Program-made: the position numbers and the translations under genes
Shown: positions 1 to 12,277 of the stretch, one piece after another
Numbering within the stretch: position 1 is the stretch's first letter
How the letters are laid out: every line of letters begins with the position of its first letter
Notes under the pieces: model-generated
Seen by the model: only the letters and a program-made list of their open reading frames with translations
Told to the model about the DNA's origin: nothing
The model's database searches: none
DNA from: Balanoglossus misakiensis
Taxonomy: Eukaryota; Animalia; Hemichordata
Assembly (NCBI GenBank): GCA_040954595.2
Contig: CM082581.2
Coordinates: 7,060,699-7,124,698, forward strand
DNA length: 64,000 nt
Direction of reading: 5' to 3'

Positions 1-3000
1 TTTGTGGCCAGTTAACAAACCCTGTGCATCTCTGTCTAGCTTTAAATTTCAACCCTGTCATTTATTTTTTTCCGCCAGATTTTGAAACATACATAAACAA
101 AATTAGCCACTGCGTGTATTGTCACTTTAACTTTCGGATACCATACTGAGCTTGCATCATATCACTGAGTATGTGTGTACACAATTCTCAGCCTATGCTG
201 CTGCACATAGTCAGCCATTTTTTGGGTACACCCCAAAATAATATTTGCGCACAGGTGCTTTAATACTGATACACGTCGTGGAAAAAACAGCAGGTAGACG
301 TCTGGACGAACACGACGGTTCGAGATAATCTCGGTCCGCAAAATCAACCAGTGTTACGTAATCTACAGATACGTGAAAAAAATAATCTTGCTGAAGGTTA
401 ATGATAAATTGTATATTAATATGCAGATATTGAGACCTTACCCATTGTTTTTATTTAAAACAAATCATCCCTATCATCAAAATTTGATTGTTTCAATGGA
501 GATACATGTGACACTGATAAATATTGTGAATATTGTCGGCCATGTAAACGTGGACAGGGCTGTGGAAAAGACCTTCACGCGCACCACACATGGTCATCAC
601 ATCGACGGGACCTTTTGATACTCTCACAATGCACTCGGTGAATTATTAATGATTGTACGGGCATTTAGCATCTAAGTGGTCGCAGGGGAACGAGAGATTT
701 TGTCGTGGAAGACAGAGGTAGTCATGTGTGCAAAAAAAAAAAAAAAAAAAAAACCCTCAGTGGAACATCACTTTGTGACGTCAACGTAAAAAGTAACATA
801 AAATTGGCGTTTTTTCTCATCTGTAGATACCCGCTCCTTCAGCTCAACGTCACAAGTGACCTTGCTCGGCGATGTACCTGCACAATTCTATCGATATCTC
901 CGATATCCCTGATGGTCACTTCGTCGGAAAGGCGCGGCGCATGTCAAATCTCGTGACTGGACTTTTCGAGAAAAAATACATGTATTACATATCGCATGAT
1001 ACATATCATAATCAGACCTTTGAACTCTGAAAACGTGGTATCAGAAAAAAACAAGATACATGTCCGAAGAAGTCAAACGAAGGAATGAAAAACAACAACA
1101 TCAAATGCGATGTGACAGCGATTGATTTGTTTGGATCAGAAAGACGAACCCTAATTTTCAAATTTGTGTGAATGCAGTCAGAGCTGCCACGAAGCATCGC
1201 ATTGATAATCCCGTAATCTCCCCTGTGTCATTAATGCGTAGACTCTGCTCTTCCAGATATTCATAATACGCTTTATAATAAATCATATTTTCTTAGACTC
1301 TGATGACAGGCCGTTAACGTGCCCTACTTTCACTCGACAAATTATGCCACCCAGCTCGTATGCCATACCGTGTTGGCTTTAGAGTCTGCACATACATGTA
1401 CATGTGTACATGTATCATCAGCTTTACTACCCGTTTTATCGCGAGCCGACGCGAAACCGTGACCGGGACAATCTATGAAGTGTGAATGTTATCAGCAAAA
1501 GTAAAACCACGCATAAACGCCGTAGAACGCGCTCCTCACTGTCCATGTTTGCAACTTCATGATTGAGCACAAGTTCGACCGTTTCAGTTGTTATCAAAAC
1601 AAGTCAACTGGCCAGATTTGCTCGAGTGGATGTGAACTTATTATTACCAAGTCCCTGTAAATTGACCAATGTTCTTAGTTCTATCTGAGTACCACCCAGT
1701 TTCCCGTCACATACAACACGCGCTTGTCCGACACTCGGTGAAAAACCAAGTTTTGAAATGTGCATTGCATTAATACTTGAAAACAATGCCCGACAGAGAA
1801 AAGTTTACGATGTTGAATTTAGGAATTTAATTTCATATAACTAGAATGATGGGATTACTCGAGACACATTTTGTAATTTAGGCTTCTTAATACTATTTCA
1901 AGTCCTAGCCGGTCTATAATATTTGGTCCTTGTAAGAAACTCTTTAGATTTTTGTGTTCGGGAAATGGTCCTCTGGATGTATACTTTACATTTATTCATC
2001 CGTTAGCTTATACTATAGTATTTTGCAGTGGCATACCTTGTTTTGCTCGCATTTCCTTGAACTAGACTGCTCTCTGTTTTCTATTTTTATTTGACGGTGT
2101 TTTTTTGTTCTTTTGTTTAAAAATAATGTTCATAGTACATAGGTGTGGGTCGATCGGAAGGATGGGACTTTTTCGGGTTCATGGCCGACCATGACGCACG
2201 CATGCGTCATTTACTCGACCGGGCTAGTTGGGCCTTCGATATGAAACGCCGTGGCTATCATAAATGACTATAAAACATTATTTAAATGCTTAAAATATTA
2301 ACTGAATGCCTAGAGCAATGATTGAATTGCCTGAAATTATCAACTACATGCATCCAGCTCGATTCAAGTCCATTTGTTGGTCAAATAGCTGTTATAGGAA
2401 TCGTGGGAACCATTTTCAGTCAATCGGCATCTTTACTTCTGTTGGAAGTGTACCCTTCCCTAGCAAAAATTGTGCAAACTTAGCCACTCATAATTCCAAT
2501 GCGGGGACGGCTATGCAATTGTGATATGATGACAGTATAGTGTGATCTAATTAATCAATAATAACCATCCAATAGCCCTGACAAGAGCAACACTTCTTAG
2601 CAATGAAACGTGCTCGCTCAATAGTCTGATTAAAATGCTAGTATTGTTTGCTTCGTGGAACAAAATTAATTAAAATCCTTCTTGTATCATTTACTAATTA
2701 CACAGTCATGTAGCTGACACTTGACATTGCATTCGGTGCTAATCAAATCGAATCCAGCAACTTTGAAATTGTGTTTATCTTATTTGATATGACAAAACCT
2801 GAATTTGTGTGGATAGTTTGGTCGTTGCTTATCAAGGTGCCTACATCTCCCGCGTTGCTCATTTGCAGAATCTTGGTGTATTCGTTGACCACTGAAGTAA
2901 TTTTGCGAATCTGAGTATGAAGGCTGGGACCTATTTCAATGGGAATCGTTCGCAAACACTGGTTACCATCGCGACGTTTGCGTCACTTGGCCAAGGCATC

Positions 3001-6000
3001 GTTTAGATCACTTGACCGAGTCATTGTTCGGAAACAAATCCCTGAGATGTGGTCGCAGTCTTACAATAAGTATATAATACCACCGTTTACTTTAATGTCA
3101 ATGTTTTCGCCTCTGCCATTGTGCGGAACAAAACAAAATTGATGGCGGGCGGGTGGAGGGTGGCAAAGGAGTATAGAATTGTTGCAAGAAACAACATACG
3201 CCAGAAAACGCGCACGGGTGAAGAATGGTTGACCGGAGATTTAGAAATCAATCATCGGTGAAATTTACTCAGACAGTTGACTTGCCTTTCTGGCCGTAAG
3301 TAAAACGACAACCAATCATATAATACAACAAATTAAATGCATTGTGTTTCGGATTCTCTCGGGGTAGAGATGAAGAGTGTTGACAGCTTTGGGTCGAGAT
3401 AGGAGTATCTCCCCATGTGCATGTGAATGCCTCCGTCCCGGAGACCAAAAGATGGTGTGACGTCATGGATACTTTGTTGTCCACAAGGACTGTTTTCCCC
3501 CACCGGGTTTCGTCGCTTTCGGCCGACGGGTTCAAATGTTTAAGTCTGTTCTGAAAGCAACAGCAACTATTCCAAAAATCGCATCGGCATGGTCTCGGTG
3601 ACAAAATTCCAAATCGACATCCCTGGTTTTGTTGATTCATTGCCACGAAATCCCAAGGGCTACTTTACTCAACAAACCGAACGCAATTAGGCCAATAGGC
3701 TTTTGTCCGCCGCGACCTGAATTTTACGACCAGGCATTAACCCCGATACGTCATCATATAGACGTCAACCTTTGTTGACAATGGCGAAGCGTATCGGGTA
3801 GCCGACACCAATACATATTGAGTGTAATCAAACTATCGTGTTTTTTCTCTCTCGACGAGTGGATCGATGAGCTACTATAGACGGGCTGCATACCACAGGT
3901 AACCTCGGGGAGATATCCATCACACCTTTTTATTAGACTACAATAGACTGTTATTAGATTTCTATTGTCTGGTGTGATTTCTGTTACCCCCGACGTCGAC
4001 ACAGCCAAAAGAAAAGTTCTTGCATTTTTTGACATTTGTAGAGGTTAGACAGAAAATTGCCTTAAATGACTGAAGGTCAAGACAAGGTCGCCGACATAGG
4101 GAAACACATCCACGCAAACCATCTCTTCATAAATGCTGAGTCAGCGGCTCAAAGCACCCGGAGAATTTTTTGACATAGCTTGCATAGCCGCGGCGAATGC
4201 ATATTGATTAAGACACATACCGCGAACTGCCACTAGAATTGCAAACTCAATTTAGTTCTCTCATATGCCAAACACTGCTGTAGACTCGGACGCGTGCTTA
4301 TCGGTTGCTAAGGAAAATTCCGGCATTGGCCCGTTGATGAAAGTTTGTAGTGAAGGGCGACATGTCAATCACATGCATTTCTGCCGCAGTGAGGAGTCGG
4401 GATGGGGAGGGGGAATCAGATCTCAATATAAGGGTGTGTTCTAAAGGAACTTATGGGAGGAGCGGATACAGGCATCCTGGTGGTTAATCCCGTTAAATCA
4501 GGTTTTGGTGACTCGTTATATTGGTCTAAAGGATAAGAATTGATGGTATTTTTGTGATAGAAATGACGCGAAAAGATGCATGGGACCAGGTCTCTTATTG
4601 TATAGGAATTTTGGAAATTGGAAGTACGTGCACGGCGCAAGACTTCACGAGTCAGAACGGGAATATAAACAGCAAAAACGATTTACTACCAACTGCAAAT
4701 ATGCTGCAAATTTGTTAAGAGCGACTTGCGAACAGCTGCTCGTGAGATCGTCGACATCCTAACTGCAGTCCGGTTGGGGTGATAACGATGATTAAGGTGC
4801 CAATGATCTTTGCCAATCGGACAGTTACATAACATTTGGAATTGATTAGTGGATTGAACGGGTTCGTTGAACTGTTTGTCCGCTGTCACCTGGGAAAAAA
4901 CGCGCGCTTGCATGTGAGTCGACGGGAATTTGGATCGCCTGATATGGTATAGATATCAAGTCAGCTGGATGCCCCATTACCGCAGTATCACGAACTATGT
5001 TGGCAAGACTGATCTTCTGTGCCACCAGAATGTTTTTCAGGGCAAGGTCCAAGCTTTACGGCCTACTGCTATCAATTTTCCGCGTATACTTTCAATAAAT
5101 TGTCGAAAAGAAACACATAATGACACATGAAACAATATACGGGCGGAAATTGCCAAATAGTTGTTTTCATAGATATCGCGTTTAACCTTTTAAATTAACT
5201 AGTATATATACAAATGTATTCAAATCGCTCCGCTGCACATTATTAGGTTCGCGCATTTCATTTTTCAAATCAACTGTTTTATTTAAGACGCTAAATAAAC
5301 AGACACTTCCGATACCACAACTTTTGATTTCAATTGATATATAAAAATTCTCTGACAAGAAATTTGCGATTACATGCATGTTCAGTGACGAAGCTCAGAA
5401 GTTGTCTTGAGAAATCCAAATGAGAAAGATGCATTCTGCGCTCATTGGATGGCGTAGATAGACATTCTGCCTTATTCTAGCTAGACAATCATTTAAATGA
5501 TCGTGCCATCTTTGGTTCAGCTTATTCCTCTTCTGACGTAGGTCCGCCTAATCACCTATAGCCAATGAATCTTATTGTAATTCCACCGGGATTCTTATTT
5601 CATTATTAATCATTAATATCTTATTATTAAAACGAGATCGGCAGAGCTCAAAGGGACGCGAAATGTATTCAGAACTAAGGAGGTTGTTACTCTGGGACAG
5701 TGGGTGACGAAATCTTTCTGTCAACAGAATCGAAGATTTGCTGCCCTTTAATGAGCTGCGCATATGACATTTTGGGATTAGCAAGTTCTGCGTAGAGACA
5801 CGTATCCCGGACGCAAATATCAAAACCGGGTCCGGGGGGACACTCAAGGTTGTTTCCCGCGAATTCACAGTATCATTAAAATCTACAGGAAGGCTGCAAT
5901 ATCCAGCTAACGAGGACAAAATCAATGTTGATAACATATCACCGGTTGTAATGGAAAGAAGAAAGAGAAAATGATTGTTTCATCTTCTGTAACTATAGCC

Positions 6001-7004
6001 TCCATTCTCCGCTTTGACGGAGGAAATTTCATTGCATTTGATGTACGAGAACTTGAAAGATACTAGCATAGTACATATCTTGCTGTTTCAGTTGTCGTTT
6101 GCCCAAACTCAAATCTAGGAACAAGGTAGCAAACCTAATCTGGTAATTAACAAATATACACCAGTCCTGTAGTATCTCAACGTCAAATGATTTAAGTCAC
6201 AGAGTGTAAAATTCAGTAAACAGTTGCCCACTCTAGCTTATGGTGCGTTGTCATTTTGACATTTCTTTACAAACACATACATGTAGATGATTATTTCTGT
6301 TGACACGGGACACCCTGTTATCGTTTGGGACGTCACTTGCATTATCGAAAGACGCGGATGCCTCTGGGCATTTTTGCAGTTGAGACGAATATACGACCAC
6401 CTGTTTTTGACGACATAGTCATGGCAACCAACAATTCGTTTCTCGGCCGTCCAAGGTTGTTTCGTGAGACGAATTACCTATGGGGATGTGATTATAATCT
6501 TTCTAAACACGCGACTCGATAGAACTCACAGTGAAAAACTTCACCGTAGACGAGACAGCTTGCACGCTTCTAGATAATTGTGTCGTAGGCGGGTTTGCAG
6601 ACACCTCGCAGCGAGTCTACTGTCTTTGGTTATTAATGGGTAAAAAATTCAGGTGACGTTGAAAGCGCAAACTGTCGTTTGTAATCACGTGTGTCTTCTG
6701 TCCAATGTGTCTGACTTTTATAAGAACACATAGAGGCAGCACTCGGGGAATTTCTGTTCAAAGGCAGGTCACTTGAGTTCGGAGAGAAATCCAGCGTTCT
6801 CCGGTCGGTGTTGGCAGACACGTCAAAAAATATTGATATTTATAGCTGTTGAACAGTGTCCAAATTGACAACACAGCTGTTTTGAGTCCCGGGGTTGAAT
6901 TTACCACTTAAATGTCCGTCTGGTGCATCCATTGTGGTAATTTCAACTGTGTGTTTACTAGTATGTCTGAAAGAGAATAGAAAAACAACAACACACTGAA
7001 ACTG

Positions 7005-7277
7005 TGTCTGTCTGTCTGTATGTATGTATGTACATTTCTGTACATATATGCATGCATGTATGTATTTGCATGTACGTAGTACGGACATATTCATGTATGC
7101 TATTTAAATTCTTGAGATTGTTCGTTTAGTCTGTCTGCAGTCTGGAACAATCTCAGTGTGTGTGCATGAGTATGCACTACACATAGCATGTGGGAGTTGA
7201 CTGATATGTAAACACAGCCATCATGTCAAGTGTGGGCTGTTCCTGTAAGTCTGACAGACAGACAGACAGACAGACAG
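7005..7277. repeat. Simple-repeat cluster (TCTG)n/(TATG)n at 7005-7065 and (GACA)n at 7252-7277
   Basis: Read directly from the sequence. Confidence 0.8.
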
Positions 7278-9883
7278 AGGCAACTTTCAGTGAAAGTAAA
7301 CACATTCAGAACTGGCGCTGCGATCTTGCTTTTGTGTAACTGGACACTGTTATCGTCTGTGGCACATGTCCTCATCTTGACGTCAGTCGAATACCGATCT
7401 CCGGATTTCCATAATTTTGCAATTCTAATGCAGGAGGAAGTTTGGGCGAACGAAACTGAAAGAGGCACACCACAGTAATGCACAAAATGACGCAATTTTT
7501 ATTGCAAAAGGAGAAATACATGCCAAAAAACCTCTTTTTCTCTCTTTCTCGGAAAGGGAGACATTCCAGCCACGAGTCCTCACAATATGTACATGATTCC
7601 ACGGAAGGAAACACAAATGAAAGGAAGTCACATCAACATCATAAACTTATAAATAAATTTTTTTGAAAGATATATAGTAAGACTTCTAAGTTAACACTAT
7701 GCACAACACAAGAACATCACAGACAGGTACTAATTTCACTTGCTAATTCGGCGATTGTCTCTTGTATAATTCTCATAGACATCTCATAGATATCCGGACA
7801 CAAGAAATTGAAACAAACACATTTACGATCAAGCAATTCTGTACACGTACAAACATTCATATGTAGAAATCTTCTCATTTTGAAACAATCCATTTTTTTT
7901 TGGATGGGTGGTAAATTCCTCCCACGATACAAATAAGTTTTTTTTAATTCTAAACCTGGGTCTCTCTCTGATATTCTCCCTATATTGCAAAATTCGCTAG
8001 GATTATATTGTGTGCTCATGTTGTCCAAATTATCTTGTGCATCACAAACACCTGTAATAACCTGAGTTACATGAAATGCTTTGGTGCAAAGAATACTGTT
8101 GTCAGAAAATTAGGTGGGTACACAGAATTTATATTTGGCAAAATATGTCATGAGCCCATCCTCCTAACAAAGAATGATTTTGCTCAATGACAGATAAAGG
8201 TGAACATCTGACTTGACCTTGAACCTCAAAAGCCCCAGGCAGCTGCATTTTTGGTCAAAATCTGGATCATCTAAGTTTCAGTCCACTGTATGTAAATGTC
8301 TAACTTATAAAAAACAGGTGAAGATGGTAATTTAGCAAGCTGTGAGATAGAATATTGGGGTACTGCCCATTTAATGGCCACCATAGACAGATATGCAAAG
8401 AAAAACTCACAGCAAACTAAACAAGGTTACAGTTAGCATGATATATTTAACGACCCACATTAATTTAAAGTGAGGTTCTTGTGGTTGTGAAGGCTGTCGT
8501 GTTTTAAGGCACAGTGAGACTGAAATGGCAGCTTGGAGAAAAAAATCTGAAAAATACCATAGAATGTCTTTCATGAATCAACAACAACAACGACAACAAT
8601 AACAAACAAACAAACAGTGCAGCTGCTGGGGCTTTGGAAATTGTAGACCAAAATATTGCCAAATATTTGATACCACATGAGCACACAAACAATACCTCTA
8701 ATCATAATAATGAAATTGATGTTTTCTAGAACTGATGAAGTAACAGGGAAATCAAGAAAACTGTTTACACATCCTGAGTTTTTATATTTTTAAGCACATA
8801 AAATCTTATGTAATTTTTTTCCGGTGATTGTGACCCTATAGGCAATTATTATCACATGGTGGAGACGTTGGCTTCGTACATTGATCAAATTCTGCCGGGA
8901 GTGATTTCCGAACAAGAAATTGGAAGTGGATTACCTCTGTGAACACAGCGCAAACATCAGCATGTAAGTCCGATGACAAAATCCATTAATTTCAATCCAC
9001 CGGATTTACTGATCTGTGCAGTAATAGCCATTTAATAAACTGGATTTTCAGTATAGTGACAGACCTACGGAATCACCTCACCGCCGTCTAGAAAGAGAAT
9101 TGACCCCTAAATCACCCCATGTATGTCAGCTGATCAGCTGTGAAATAACCTTCAAATTACAGCTGGTGAAAATTTTCTCGAAAGGGTTTAAACGTTCAGT
9201 CGTGAAGCACATAGTTTTTCCCCACATACCCAAAACCTAAAGCTGTCCATGTTTCATGTACTCCACAAAAGGTTCCTGTACTTTTATCTTTATACATTGT
9301 AAACTGCCTTGCTGTTGCCCCCCGACCTTTTTCATCAGCAGATTGTCACAATCTATCCATAATCCAAATGTCAAGGTCTCCATGATTTCAGTCTGCATGA
9401 ATGGACATCCTTGGCGTAAACACCTCATCTCCACAAAGTTGCTATGTAGCTTGCATCATCGTTGAGTGTCTCTCATTCCATTTTTTATGTCTCAAACTAT
9501 TTCAATAATGGCATCTGTGGCTGCGATGGCCTCACGAACCAAAACATTGACTGACTGCCCGACAGGGATGAAGATAATTTGAAGAGTAGGTGGGAGTCTC
9601 AAAAATGTCAAAAAAGCACAATAATTATGGGAAACTGCTGATATTGACTGGTATGTAGAATGCAGTGTTGAAAAATGCTGAAACTACACAGGTTGTTTTA
9701 CCACAAGTGTCATCCACATATCTGGTCAACATCAATTTTTTTTCTTCACAGAGTGAAATTTAATAAGCTATAGAAAAAAACCCTCGAGAGAATGCAATTT
9801 TTTTCGCTGTGCCGGGTGGCAACTGTAGCGATCATTCCCTCGTGAAATCCACAACTCTAAACACTGATATCCGCAACGGTAAT

Positions 9884-11211
9884 TCACATAGAGGTCGGCG
9901 ATAGAAAATTCATGTCGGCACTTGTGATGAAGCGCTTTTTCAAGTCTTTGGCAGATTCTATAGACGCCTGCGTCTGGGGTTGGTCGGGCGGGAAAAAGTC
10001 AGAGTCCTCTCTCTGGTGGTAGTGGGTTCTGGCCGTGGCCGAGAAGCCCTCGTTGACCACCCTCTGGAGTAGGCCCAGCTGCCTGGCATCCTCGCGGTGT
10101 ACGCACACTTGATCGCTGGGCGGCTGGTATGAGGGGCCGATGCCAAACAGTTTCTTCCGCTCGGGTTGTAAGTCTACTGGAATGCAGCCCGTGTGCCCAC
10201 CGGCGAGTTCGTGTCTCGCTCTGAAAAAAACAAAAAACAAAACACAGGGTATGGTCAACTGAGAGGAAAAGAAATGGCAGCTTTTATGTAATGATGTGCA
10301 CATCCCTGCTTTGTTACCATATATAATCATTTTTGATAATTTTTTTAATGCAAAATTCAAGACAATCTGACATGGGAGTAAGTATGGATCAATTTACGAT
10401 CAGAGAGACATTACCTCAATCTTGGGGAGCCTTGTGGTGTGCCGACAGGAGTGACGTCGGTGCTGGGGGGTTGTGAGTGTGACATCGATCCTACGTCGGG
10501 CACTTTCACCGCCGAGCCATCGGGCAGCTGGATCGTCGTCATTTCTGGTTCCTCCTCGAAGGAGGCGAAGGTGGACATGCTGTGTCTTCGTATAAGAGAA
10601 CCTTCCTGGGATTGGATGACGATGGGGGGAGACCGCGGCACCACCACCGGTTCGCCCTCGTCTTCCGAATCCGTCACCGGGTGGTTGTAGACGTAGTCGT
10701 CGTAGCCCAGGGCCAGTTCTGTGCTCAGACTCTTGTAATACGGCTCCTTCGCGCTTTCCTCCTGCGCGACCGTTTTCTTCATCTCGTGTATGTTGGCGTA
10801 AGACGAGGACCGTTTCGGTTTGGGTTTCGTACCCTCTGCCGCCTCCCCGCCGTCCCCTTTCTTGTCGGCCGACTTCACCCTCTGCTGGCTCGCCTTCTTA
10901 TCTCTGACTGGTGATCTGCTCTCGCGCGATTTCCCCTTTTCTGCCAATTTGCGCTCCAGCTTGGTCTTGCTGTCCACGGTGTCGTCGTTGGCGACGTCCT
11001 CCGCCGCCGCGTCTTCTCGCATCATGGTCTTGTATTTGTGTGGGTGCTGCCGGAGTATGGAGCCGAAATCGAACATCTGCAGGAACGAATGACGCGTCGG
11101 CGACGGTGCGGGCATCTCAAGCTCTTTTATCTCGTACCGTTCCGCCCGATTCGGAAAGTCCACTGATGATTTCAGCCGCAGCAAGTCTGGATTGCCGTCA
11201 TCTGAAGCCAT
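9884..11211 (-). CDS. KIAA1191: KIAA1191/p33MONOX-like protein, 2 coding exons (11211-10415, 10220-9884), 377 aa
   Basis: Acceptor tccttacag sits directly before the ATG at 11211. Donor AG|gtaat at 10414 (phase 2) joins acceptor tttttttcag|A at 10220 in frame; CDS is 1134 nt. Motifs STDVTPVGTPQGSPRLR and C-terminal DMNFLSPTSM resemble human p33MONOX QSTPSTTPHSSPKQR and DLNVLTPTGF (recalled). Head-to-head with ARL10, as in human. Confidence 0.7.
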
Positions 11212-11879
11212 CTGTAAGGATGGATAAAGTTGTATCTGTTTGAATAAAAAAAAGTCAAAAGGTCAACGTCAGAAAACATCCAATGTCATGATATTAGATA
11301 GGGTTGGGGTTGACCAGTTATTGATGTAGAAGTGAAGTTAAATACATTGACCCCCTAGGATAAAATTATGTTTAGTAATGTAAAGTACATCATATAATAT
11401 GTACTGCCCATTTGTATCATGATGGTGTTGCATCAGCAAAATACAGTGAACATCAACTAAGTTTGACGTTTTCACAATGGTCACCAAAAACTGCACATAC
11501 AAGTATACAGTATTTCAGTTACAAGCTGAGCGAACAATACAGTATATGAATGTACATGACATTACATGTACTTGCAGACCTAAACGTAAGGTCACGTACA
11601 CATTACCTTCATAATCTTGAGGGTATTTTAATAAAAATGTACATTGTGTAAACACCAAAGAATTACTATGCCAACAAAGCTACCCACCGTTTAAAGTAAT
11701 CGTCGATCCTTCATAGAATTGGAATAACTTGATTAAACTACGCCGATGGAATGAAATTTGACGGCGATATAGTATATACGCAAAGCCACTTCAGGTCACA
11801 TACAAGGTCACGGAAATAGAACGAAGGGGTTTCCATCAAAGACCAGTAAATGTTATACTCTGACGCTAATCAGGAACAC

Positions 11880-12277
11880 ATACTTAAGTTCACCAAGAGT
11901 TTCCGGTTTTCTGTCCAAATCCAAGCCCATCTCACGCCCGGGTCAAGTGCAATGACGCAAATTTGTGGCAATCGAAAACTGTAAACACCACCATTTCACA
12001 ATATTCGTGAATCGGAATCGAGGTATCGTCATCACGTGACTAACCAACGCCATCTGGCGAGGCTTCGCGAGAATATAACCTCGATCAAAAATAGTAATTA
12101 TACTGTATTCGAAATGTGTAAAAGATATAATAAAGAGACAATTACTGATCTATATATCTTTAAAAATGATAATTACGTTTGATTCAATTTTAAGACATGC
12201 TTATGTTTATGTTTTATGTTCTTAAATTTATTAAACAAGTTAAAATTATTTCTTTCGTGTACAAGGACATAGAGAAC
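11880..12277. promoter_or_regulatory. Probable bidirectional promoter for KIAA1191-like / ARL10-like
   Basis: Divergent genes with locally CpG-rich sequence. E-box TCACGTGAC at 12032-12040, CTCF/YY1-like CGCCATCTGGCG at 12048-12059, TTCGCGAGA at 12064-12072. Candidate minus-strand 5'UTR donor (cttaa|gtatgt) at 11883. Confidence 0.55.

Noticed and set aside
829-874. Possible minus-strand micro-exon (TSPSKVTCDVELKER)
   Set aside because: Weak polypyrimidine tract and donor, and no partner exons found in the window.
10439-11243. Several plus-strand ORFs (83-110 aa) overlapping the KIAA1191-like exon
   Set aside because: Antisense shadows of a GC-rich coding exon, with no splice context or recognisable domain.
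12197-12277. Upstream in-frame ATG extension of ARL10 given by the ORF track
   Set aside because: Very AT-rich; the ATG at 12278 (aacATGgcg) has the better context and gives the expected ARL10 length.
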